Origin: Macrostomum lignano
Taxonomy: Eukaryota
Direction: 5' to 3'
Assembly: GCA_002269645.1 (NCBI GenBank)
Contig: NIVC01000528.1
Location: 1 to 64,000, forward strand
DNA: 64,000 bases
In this document: positions 15,401 through 27,400 of the stretch, piece after piece
Layout of the letters: each line of letters opens with the position of its first letter
Position numbering within the stretch: the stretch's first letter is position 1
Notes under the pieces: generated by a model
What the model saw: only the letters and a program-made list of their open reading frames with translations
Told to the model about the DNA's origin: nothing
Databases searched by the model: none
Made by a program: the position numbers and the translations under genes

Positions 15401-18400
15401 TCTAACCATTTCTTTCTCCTTTAGGTATTGCGTTCTATTTCTTCCGACCAACTTTGCCATCCATGGACAAACAGTCGATGCCTTTGTGGGAACTCCATGC
15501 ACTAAGTTCGATGTCATCACAACAAAGCTGAAGAAACATTTGCAATGTGACTACCACAGAAGTGACTCTGTGATCAAAGCCGATGCCCTGCTATCTGGAA
15601 CGAATGTTGGCCACATGCTGGATGTCAGTCGCGCAAAGCTAGTGAAGGAAAATAGGGAAAGACTAAAACACGTAATTGAACCAATTGAATTTCTCGCTCG
15701 CTGTGGTCTGGCTTTTCGAGGACATCGTGACTGTGGACCTATTATCAGCCATTATCAGAGAAATTGCAGTGTGTAGATCTCGATCTTGTTGATTGTGTCA
15801 ATGAAATTAAGGCTGTCATCGATGTTCTTCGAGATCTCCGCTCTGATGATGGCCATGTCCGTTACAATAAGATATTCGATTCTGCTGAGAAAGCACTCGG
15901 CGAGCCACTACAAAAGCCTCGAACCAGTGCCAGGTGTCGACAGAAGCATCGTGCCAACCCCGATGTCTCCACGGCACGTGATTACTTCCGCATAGCAATG
16001 TACAATCCATTCCTGGATGGGATAATTGCTACTCTTGAGGAGCGCTTCAGTTCTCATGCGCAGCTTGCATTCCAGATGGCACGACTGCTTCCTCAGAGTG
16101 TTGTTGACGAAAGTTTTGACAGCGTGAAGAAATCGATAGAAATTTACATCGGACAGTTACGAGGATTAAGCTTTGTGGACGACATCGAGGCTGAATTCTT
16201 GCTATGGAAAAAGCGCTGGCAGAATGTCGATCAAAAGGACAGACCGCGAAGTGTGCTCGAGACGTTGGTAAATTCAGCTGTTAGCCTCCAGAGCTTTCCT
16301 AACATCCGGCTTCTACTACAAGTTCTGGCGACGATTCCCGTCACCACTGCAACTGCTGAGCGATCATTCAGTCAGCTTCGTCCACTGAAGTCGTACCTAC
16401 GTTCTACAATGGGACAGGAGCGACTGACAGGATTGGCCCAGCTTCTAATCCACAAGGACATGAAGCTGGACATTGATAAAGTTATCGATCAGTTCGTACA
16501 GAATGGGTCTCGTAGAATTGATCTGTAAGTACAAAGTTAAACTTTTAGACAGCAAGTTTTGATAGGCCTAGATTGAGTATGCGTAACATACATAACTAAT
16601 CACAATACGAGTAGAAGATTACATGTACATTAAATGTAATAATATAGGAACAAAAACCAAACTAATACAATAAGAGCTTGCGCATACTATTATATTCTCT
16701 ATTAATCAAAATGCTATAAGTGAGCTATACTTAGTATTCTACATTTCTTTCTACTTCTTGTATTGTCCCATATGATGTAAATGTGAAATTTGCTCTTTGA
16801 TATTGAATAAATAAAATCAATATGGAAGGTTGGTCACTGCGTTATTTGCTTGGAAAAGTGTTGGTGATTTGATAGAAGTTGAAATAATTTCGTTTTTTCT
16901 TGCTTTACGAATATGAATTACGAGTATATACGCATATACAAATATGTACACTAAAAGTCGTTTCATGAATTAAGCCAAGCCGGAAAAATGCACATGTAAT
17001 GAGTGAAAGTAGACTGATAACAGCTAACCGATACCCCCAAAAAAAAATCCTGGCTACGCCCCTGTGTTAAAGAACTGAGAAATTCCCATATCGCTAATGA
17101 ATTCTTTAGCGAGAACCGACCTCTAGCGTAGCGGTCGCGTATCGATACTTATCCTGGCCCGAGATCCTCACTCGGACCCGCTAATCGGATCAGCGGACCC
17201 CCTGCCAAAACCCAGAATCCTTGTTGCGTCCGCCATCAGCTGCTGTCAGAGTCGATCAGTTTGAGTCGAATGCGGAGCCGAGGCCTTTCTAACAAAATTG
17301 GCTTTGCATGTCCCGTCCGTGATGCATTCTGGAGCGCATCTGACTAGCAAGGTGCTTGGAAGCCCGATGGTTAAGGTGCATCGTGAGGTGTTTTAGTGGT
17401 TTAGCGCGGCGCTCTGATGTGCCAGCGGCCCAGGCTCGATTACAAGTGCAGTCGCATTAATTTGGCTCTGAGTTGGAATCTCGGCTTGGCTCTGCTCGTG
17501 CAATTAACGTCCTTGAGGGCCAAGCCCCAAGGCACAGTGGAGTGTACATGCCTGATGATAAATAAAGTCAGGGCTGCTGTACACTCCTGTGAGAGTGTGC
17601 CTGTGCGTATGACTGCGTACGTATCCGCGCGCCTGTGTGTCTGCTTAGGGGAGTCGGGGGAATGGGCAGCAATGCCTCTCAGCGGTTGTGTGACAATGTC
17701 GCTTAAAGTGCGCCAGGGTGCAAAACAGCCCGCCCTGCCTCTAATAAAAGATTTTTAGGGCCACTATAATCTCACTAATGGAAATGTAATTGAGTGCACG
17801 AGAATATCAGCTGTCTAGTCTGCTAGACTAGAATAATTTCTCTAACATAATTAAAAATATGTTACTGCAGTCCTACTTCCAGTAGCATCAGCCGCTAACA
17901 AAGTCAACCCCCCCTTTTCAGAAGAATTTTTTGTCTTTGAAATTTCTCCCTGTCGCAAAAAAGTGCCGGAAATCCGGCAGGCAAAATTTTCGTTTTTGAA
18001 GTTGACGAGCTCAAAGAGTTTTTTGCCAATAGGATGGCCTCACAGCGGGGCAGCTTTAATGAGGGCTGGCGCTGTATAAATCAGGTGACTCGGGGCTGCC
18101 GCTTCCAGCACTTGTGACAGCGAGTGTAGAAGATGCTGCAGCACCGTCAAGAAGCCGGCCGGAGCAGCTGCAGGCTGCTGAGCTGGCCTTCGTCCGAGTG
18201 CTCCGGAGCTCGTGAGATTCTTGGAAAAGCTGCTTGAGGACTTTACCGAGCTACAGGCTTACAGACTTACATGATTTTTAGTTAGAGATAGGGGGCTGTG
18301 TGTACTTAAAGTGACATTGTCACACAACCGCTGAGAGGCATTACCGCGATACGTACGCAGTCATGCACACAGGCACACACTCACACAGGAGTGTACAGAG

Positions 18401-21400
18401 CCCTGACTTTATTTATCATCAGGCATGTACACTTCACTGTGCCTTGGGGCTTGGCCCTCAAGGACGTTAATTGCTCGAGCAGAGCCAAGCCGAGATTCCA
18501 ATTCAGAGCTAAATTAATGCGAATGCACTTGGAATCGAGCCTGGGCCGCTGGCACATCAGAGCCACTAGGCTACGCCCCCTCCCGACTAACAGACTTACA
18601 GATTCGGATTCACAGACAGATTTTACAGACATGCAGGCTTCAGTGCGTACAGACTTTGAATTACAGGCTACCATTTAGAATATTTTAAACACTAATTTTT
18701 CGGCTAGCAAATGGACTAACAGACAAGGTTTGAAGAATTAAGGTTCGTAAATGCTCATAACAGTGACATAATTTCTTGTATGTTAGTAGACTTACAGACT
18801 TGCAGACCCTTAGAATTTCAATGATATAACTGGGAATGAAACAGCCATATTTCATTTCATATTTTAGTACACTGTCTATAACTAATGAAAAAATAAGCAT
18901 AATTGAAAGGGCTGAAGTCACAGCTGCCATAAATTTGCAACGACAGCCCAGGCTACTCAGCTCATGCATGCTGCAAATTTGCCATTCCTATAGTTGAATC
19001 CCCAGGCGCCTGTTGGAAAACTTCATTTTGTGCATTGTGAGACACTTCTGCCCACTCAGTCTACCGGTATACGGCCCGTACGAGACTGCCGTCTCTCTTC
19101 AGTTACCTGGCAATTTTCCTGAGCTGCATTGCTGAGCAGCCTAAGGTCTCAAAAATGCTTGCTTTGGATCTTGTAGACAGTGAGTGAATCATGGACAGTG
19201 AGTGAATCATGGACAGTGAGTGAATCATGGACAGTGAGTGAATCATGGACAGTGAGTGAATCATGGAGTGAGTGAATCATGGAGTGAGTGAATCATAGAT
19301 AGTGAGTGAATCATGGACAGTGAGTGAACCATGGACAGTGAGTGAATCATGGAGTAAGTGAATCATGGAGTGAGTGAATCATAGATAGTGAGTGAATCAT
19401 GGACAGTGAGTGAAACATGGACAGTGAGTGAATCATGGACTGAGTGAGTGAATCATGGACTGAGTGAGTGAATTATGGACTGAGTGAGTGAATCATGGAC
19501 TGAGTGAGTGAATCATGGACTGAGTGAGTGAATCATGGACAGTGAGTGAATAATGGACTGAGTGAGTGAATCATGGACAGTGAGTGAATCATGGACAGTG
19601 AGTGAATCAAGGACAGTGAGTGAATCATGGACAGTGAGTGAATCATGGACAGTGAGTGAATCATGGACAGTGAGTGAATCATGGACAGTGAGTGAATCAT
19701 GGACAGTGAGTGAGTGAATCATGGACTGAGTGAGTGAATCATGGACAGTGAGTGAGTGAATCATGGACTGAGTGAGTGAATCATGGACAGTGAGTGAGTG
19801 AATCATGGACTGAGTGAGTGAATCATGGACTGAGTGAGTGAATCATGGACTGAGTGAGTGAATCATGGACAGTGAGTGAATCACGGACAGTGAGTGAATC
19901 ATGGACAGTGAGTGAATCATGGACAGTGAGTGAATCATGGACAGTGAGTGAATCATGGACAGTGAGTGAATCATGGACAGTGAGTGAATCATGGACAGTG
20001 AGTGAATCATGGACAGTGAGTGAATCATCAGTCTGAGTGAATCATCAGTCTGAGTGAATCATCAGTCTGAGTGAATCATCAGTCTGAGTGAATCATCAGT
20101 CTGAGTGAATCATCAGTCTGAGTGAATCATCAGTCTGAGTGAATCATCAGTCTGAGTGAATCATCAGTGCATAGCACAGCAGCTTCAATTGATGAACTGC
20201 AGCAACAATTCAACAGGCTCAGTGAAGCGCAGTGCCTGAGAGAAGCAGCATCACAGATGCGCTCTCATCAGCCCCCCCCCCCAGTCACACACGGCAGCTG
20301 CAGTCTGTAGCGCAGGCCGTATGTGCGTGATCAGCCCTTGATGGGATTCTCACCAACACAGTTTTGCCTGAGTACTGCTGGCAGGGCCAGAAACAGAAGA
20401 ATGGAGGAAAACACGGACAGGCCGGCTCTGCAGTGGGCCGTCTGCCACCTGCAGCTTACGAGTGGGGGGGGGAGAAGCGGGGGCGGAGGGCGAGGAAGCT
20501 GGTAGGTTGATGGAGCTGCCAGCCTCTCTCTGCCCCGCCGTCGGGTGCTCTGAATTGTCAACTCCGGAGAGGCTGTACCAATCTGTAAAAGCCCCCCTGA
20601 CTACGGCTGATTCTGGGAGATCCCGGAGACCGCAGGTGAGCCACGGGAGAGCCGCAGGTGACATGGACGGAGATCGGCTGCCGGATCTGAGGGAATCATC
20701 GGGATGGACGCCGCAGGAGCAGCAGACTTCAGCTGTCTCTTTGGTGGGCCACCACCAACACGCGACTGGAAGCCGCCTGAGACGGCAGAGGACCATCTCT
20801 GGCTGTGCGAATTACAGATCAAGTGTCAGTGAGTGCGCACTGTCCTAGATTGGCTAGTCGTATATCCATGAGGATTAGCTAGTCGTAAATCCATGAGGAT
20901 TAGCTAGTCATGAGGGTCCATGGGGATTAGCTAGTCATAAATCCCTGATGATTAGCTAGTCATGAATCCGTGAGGATTAGCTAGTCATAAATCCATGAGG
21001 ATTAGCTAGTCATAAATCCGTGAGGATTAGCTAGTCATGAATCCATGAGGATTAGCTAGTCATAAATCCGTGAGGATTAGCTAGTCATGAATCCATGAGG
21101 ATTAGCTAGCCAGATAGACAAGATATTGACAGGAGATAGACAAAATAGAGACAAGAAATAGACAAGATAGAGACAGGAGAAGACAAGATAGAGATAGAAG
21201 ATAGACAAGATAGAGACAGGAGATAGACAAGACAGAGACAGGAGATAGACAAGATAGGGAAAGGAGATAAACAAGATAGAGACAGGAGATAGGCAAGATA
21301 GAGAAAGGAGATGAGATAGACAAGATAGAGACAGGAGATAGACAAGATAGAGAAAGGAGATGAGATAGACAAGATAGAGACAGGAGATAGGCAAGATAGA

Positions 21401-24400
21401 GACGGGAAACAGACAAGATAGAGACGGGAGATATACGCGATAGAGACAAGAGATAGAGAAGATAGAGACGGGAATAGACAAGATAAAGACGGGAGATAGA
21501 CAAGATAGAGACGGGAGACAGAAAGATAGAAATGGGAGAGGAGTGCCAGCACGTACAACTGCAGGCTTACACGTGGAGTGCCGGCATGTACAACTGCAGG
21601 CTTGCACATTTGCATCGCAGTATCAGTGTCTCCGCCTCCTCTTCCTTCGCATTTTCCCTGCTTTTGTTCTGCCACAATGTCTCCCTCTGAGATTCATTCC
21701 CAAACGCGCTCTACTGCTTTGTCTTGGCCGGGTTGTCAGCCAGTGCAGCCAACGCACCCGGTGTTTCAGATCCCTCACTAAATTGTTAGAGAAAGGCACT
21801 TTATCATTTTCGGAGCTGTATCAAAATGCGGATGATTTAGCAAATTGGTCCATAAGAATTGCCCGCATGAGACTTGCCCGTCGAGATTCGCCCGCAATGC
21901 TTTTTTCCTGCAGCGCATTTAGACAATTGTCAGCGGGCAAATCTCGACGGGCAATTCGCTCACGGGCAAAATGCACTGCGGGCAAATATCCTGCGGGCGA
22001 TTCTCGTACTCCCAATGTGTCCGCTTTCTGCAAAACAAGGCGGGGTCGCTGCTCATAGCGTTTTACCATAGACGAATCTTCTGACGATTAGAAAGTCATT
22101 TTACCATAGACAAATCTTCTGACGATTAGAAAGTCATTTTACCATAGACGAATCTTCCTGACGATTCGAAAGTCATTTTACCATAGACGAATCTTCTGAC
22201 GATTAGAAAGTCATTTTACCATAGACAAATCTTCTGACGATTAGAAAGTCATTTTACCATAGACGAATCTTCTGACGATTAGAAAGTCATTTTACCATAG
22301 ACGAATCTTCCTGACGATTAGAAAGTCATTTTACCATAGACGAATCTTCTGACGATTAGAAAGTCATTTTACCATAGACAAATCTTCTGACGATTAGAAA
22401 GTCATTTTACCATAGACAAATCTTCTGACGATTAGAAAGTCATTTTACCATAGACGAATCTTCTGACGATTAGAAAGTCATTTTACCATAGACAAATCTT
22501 CTGACGATTAGAAAGTCATTTTACCATAGACGAATCTTCCTGACGATTCGAAAGTCATTTTACCATAGACGAATCTTCTGACGACTAGAAAGTCATTTTA
22601 CCATAGACAAATCTTCCTGACGACTAGAAAGTCATTTTACCATAGACGAATCTTCTGACGATTAGAAAGTCATTTTACCATAGACGAATCTTCTGACGAT
22701 TAGAAAGTCAGGGCCACTGTAGACCCTGCGTGATGAGTTCGTGCCTGCGTACAGGCGCACTTGCATGTGCTTTGCGCCGAAGGCGTTGCGCCAGGGTGCC
22801 GGAAGCCCGCCTGCGGATATTACTGTTTACCTGGTGTACCTGAACAAATCGTAGCGGCTGAGATTCTCGGGATTTTGAAAAAAATAGGGCGGAAAAATTC
22901 ACCTAAATAGAGAATAGAAATGAGAAAACGAACATTACTGTAAATTTAGCATTTCTCCCCGCTACTTCCTACTTGCAAACAGTAGCTGAAGTGAGTATTC
23001 AGCGGTAGAAAAAGTCTCAAAGCTTTCTTGCCCACTTCTTTACCCAGCCGCTAATTCAATAGCAGCCGAAATCTTCAAAGCATGTCTCTGTCTTTTCGCT
23101 CCTCTTTCAGCTTGTCGCCTTCAGTTCTCCGATGCTCAGAGAGCAGACTCCAATTTTCTTCTGTCGCTCCTCTGAGCGGCTTTGAGCCGCCCTGCATCCC
23201 CCCGGGGGGCCAAAGCAGCAGCGAAACCTGGGCTGGAAATTCTGCCGTTCCGCATGAAGGCGTGCCAGCAGACAGTCAAAAGAGACACATAATAGGGGCG
23301 TTGGAGAGACCATGCAGGCTAAGGCTTGAAAGGGATCCCTTCTGGTTTTTTCACTTCACACTGAAGAACTTCCCTCACTGACAGAGAGGAAGACAGAGAG
23401 GGAAGACAGGGGAGAGGAGAGACAGAGAGGAGGAGAGGGAGAGGGGGATACGGAGAGAAAGCGGAGAGGAGGAGAGGGAGAGGGGTAGACAAAGAGACAG
23501 ATAAGGAGACACAGAAAGGGGAGACACGTAGGGACATACAGGGAGAGAGAGATGGGGGAGGCAGAGAGGGGAGACAGATGGGAGACAGAGATAGGGAGAC
23601 AGAGGGAGGGAGACTGAGAGAGAGAAAGACAGAGAGAGGGGGTGACAGAGAGAGGGGGTGACAGAAAGAGGGCTGACAGAGAGGGGGAGACTGGGAGAGA
23701 GAGACTGAGAGAGGGAGGTAGAGAGAGAGACAAAGAGGGGGAGACTGAGAGAGGGAGACTGTGAGACGTAGACAGACAGAGAGAAAGACGGAGAGAGGGG
23801 GGAGCAGAGAGGGGAGACTGGGAGAGAGAGACCCAGAGAGTGAGACCCAGAGAGGGAGACTGAGAGAGGGAGACTGAGAGAGGGAGACTGAGAGAGGGAG
23901 ACTGAGAGAGGGAGACTGAGAGAGAGGAGACAGAGAGGGGGAATAGCAGAGGATGAAGCCAGAGAAAAAAGAAGGCTCGGCTAAAGCCACATAGCAACGG
24001 AACAGCTCACAATAGACCAACAGAGTTAAGGTAAGGCGGAGAGCATTTTGCCCAGATAGCATAATTAGACCAAGAAGTTTGCATGTAGTCAGCCTTAGGC
24101 AGAGGATTATCCAGCTGGACTCACCTCTCATTCATTTCCTTACGGCTCTGAATCATCTTCCCGCTGTCTGGCAATGAAAAGGAAATTCGAGTCGCAATTC
24201 GGAAAGCAAGCGGCTTTGAGATCGGGTCTCGAGTTGCCGAGCAGCGCTGCATGAGCTACATGCACTGAACTCGTGGGGAAGTGCTTTGGTGATAAAATGA
24301 TGAAGAAACTCGAGTTGCTGACTTGGAAATTGTGCGAAGCGAAAACTTTAACTATAAAATGCATTTTTACTTCTCTATTGTGCAATAAAGACTTTTGAAA

Positions 24401-27400
24401 AGGCTTCTGAATGAATTAATCGATTAGAAATGATTGAATCACACAATCAGTGGGTAAATTACAAGATAAGTGGGTGAATCACAAGATCAGTGGGTGAATC
24501 ACATAATCAGTGGGTGAATTACAAGCTCAGTGGGTGAATCGCACAATCAGTGGGTGAATCACACAATCAGTGGGTGAATCACACAATCAGTGGGTGAATC
24601 ACACAATCAGGGGTGAAGCACACAATCAGTGGGTGAAGCACACAATCAGTGGGTGAATCACAACCCCGTCCTCCAGACCCGGACGGCGACAGCCGCTCGC
24701 CCCTGCTGAACCGGAGCGAGTCGTTCTGCTTGCCGGTGGAGGACGACCTGGGCTTGTCCGAGCGCCTGCACTCGATTGGCCGGCGGCCGGGGCCCAATAG
24801 CGGCGGCGGCTGCCCGGCTGTCCGACCTGCCACCTCCTCCAGCGGCTTTGGCCGGGGCGGCGGCAGCTTCCGCTCGGTGCGGGCCTTTAAATCGCTGGAC
24901 ACGGACCGACGTTCGGGCGGCAAAGCGGAAAGATTCAACTCCATGGAGCTGCAGCAGCAGCAGCAGCAGCCGGTGGAGCTGCTAGAGACTGCGAATCACT
25001 GCGACACCAGCGACATCGGATGCCAGCAGCAAGAGCAGCAGCAGACGCCTCACCTGCCCGTGTCCGTTTCGACTTCGTTTGCTGGCGGCGGCAGTAAGCG
25101 GTGGCCGAGCTTCCGAGCTAAGCTCGTCGGCAGGTTCGGCTCGGTGCGCCAGCCGCGAAATTCCCAGCATCAGCAGCAGCAGCAGCAGCGCCGCGGTCAC
25201 CATCACTCGCTGGGAGGCGGAACCAGCGAGCCGCTGATTGCTCCGCTGGAGACCGACGGAGAAAGCGGCTCGGCCAGGCAAGGCGCGGACACAAGCACGG
25301 TGGACATGGGGGCCGACCAGCAGCAGCAGCAGAGCACGTCCAGCTACCTGAAGGAGCAGTTCTTCGCCTTTTTCCAGCCGTCTGACAACAAGCTGGCAAT
25401 GAAACTGTTCGGCAACAAGAACGCGCTGTTGAAGGAGAAGCGGCGTCAGCAGCAGTCTGGGAAGTGGATTATTCATCCGTGCAGCAACTTCAGGTGCGTC
25501 GGGGGACTCGATGGAGAGGGAGGGAGGGACCATACTAGCTAACCAGGCATTATAGTAGATGTCTCATCAAAGGACCTGACTTACAGTAAGTCTGCTTACA
25601 TCAGGAGATTACGAGCGTATGTGAATGGACAGTGACACGGAGGCCAAACGGTAATTCTTAGAAAAAATGACCTTTGCAACCCGGAAGCCCAGAACTGGGA
25701 TTCGACGTTGCAGAAGCAATTAACGGCGGCAAAAAGCGGTTCAATTCGTTGTGTTTATGCTTTAGCTCCAGAATGTCACATTTCTGCCCTTGATTCGTAC
25801 AGACAAAGCTGCGACACCGGGCCGCGCAATTATAAATCTATACGCTCGTAGAAAAATATTCCCAGATATTTTTTTCGATTTCAAGGGAAATGGCAGTCGA
25901 GGTATTATAGCCGGATTGTAAATCCCGGATTGTTTCAACTTTCACGGTGCACCGAGCTCGCTGCATTTACAATGCGCAAAGAAGTGCAAAAGATGTTCGT
26001 TCGTTCGTGTCAATCACTGCCCCAGGACCTCAATCAAAAGCTAGTAGACCTTGACCTTAAATAACGACTTTGTAATTAACCATGACAATTTTCGTCAAGC
26101 ATACTATCACTTTGACCTTGAAGAGTAAAGGAGCGTAGCCGAGGTATCTTACAACATGGACAAAGGTTTACATGGCTGGCAAGGTTGACGTTAGGGCATG
26201 GATTGAGCAGACCTGGAGTTCGGGACAGAACTAGCTCGTGGGTGTGACGCCAGAGCCTCAAATCTACGCCAGAGCCTACAAGCCTACAAAAGGTACAGAG
26301 GACCGGGCAATAGCGAGCTTATTTAAAGGTTTAATCACCAGACTATTTGACTATCATACTTGTGCAGATTTTGAGAGTTCGATAAAGTGCCTGATGGAAG
26401 GTTGGGCTGCAGTGTGTTCTCTAGACACACAGGTTCAGACGATATGTCAGGGGGAATTCCCGTCACATTCGTAAACCTACACCGCTTTAAAGGCACTTAC
26501 CTCCCATTAGTGATGGAAGCAGGCCCTTAAATATGCATCTGGTAGAAACAATTTGCATTACGGATTGCAAGAGAGCAGAAGGCAATGTTTTTTCGAAGAT
26601 TATCTTGAGGAATGCGCGGACAGCAGCTGGTCAGGCGGATGCCCCGTCAGTCAGTCAAAGCTTTCGTGGCGGCAACAATCAACAGGTTTGATAGACTTGC
26701 AAGAAATTTAATTTCGCGTCAACACTTCAGATTCTATTGGGACCTGCTGATGCTGGTGATGCTTATCACCAATCTGGTGGTCCTGCCCGTGGCCATCTCC
26801 TTCTTCAATGACGATCTGAGCGCCCACTGGATCATCTTCAACTGCGTCTCGGACACCATCTTCCTCGGCGACATCGCTGTTAACTTCCGCACAGGCAAGC
26901 GGGTAGCGTACGGGCTCAAGCTGATCAATCACGCCCAGTAATTGTATCGATCTGAGGCTGTTCCCGGGGACTTAAGTGTGGGGAAATTCTCCCAGGAGGG
27001 AAACTCGAGAAAAAAATGAGTCCAACTCCGGCACTTTCCTTAAGCCGGTCCGCTGAGTGCCAAATGAAGCGGCTCCGAGCTCCCACTGCCTCCGCTCCTC
27101 TCCACAAGCTCCTTGGTCAGTTTGCCTCGGCCAGATAGATTGGCCAATTGCACTTTTTCACCAGTTTGCAACGCTCTTCCCGCCGCACCGCCCGCTCTTC
27201 ACCAGGCGTCATCACCAACGACTTTGCCGAGGAGATCATCCTGGATCCCAAGATGATCGCCCAGCACTACCTCAAGTCGTGGTTCTTCCTGGACCTGATC
27301 TCCTCCATCCCCATGGACTACATCTTCCTGGTGCTCAATCAGAGGAACAATGTCAGCCAGCTCGTGCATGCGGGTGAGAATCTGGCCTTGACAAGGACCA

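Larger units (their letters stand above)
13856..17064 (+). mobile_element. hAT DNA transposon, internally deleted (non-autonomous), in HCN intron 1
   Basis: 12-bp TIRs CAGGGGCGTAGC / GCTACGCCCCTG plus subterminal GGGGGTATCGG; perfect 8-bp TSD TGTTAAAG at 13848-13855 and 17065-17072. Confidence 0.96.

Noticed and set aside
22061-22710. 38-bp repeat contains CTGACGA-TTA-GAAA-GTC, like a tandem minimal hammerhead
   Set aside because: Only 3 nt for stem II, and no stem I or III pairing in monomer or dimer models.
23082-23381. [11 protein letters not shown]... as another alternative first exon
   Set aside because: No convincing GT donor in the required phase; no homology recognised.
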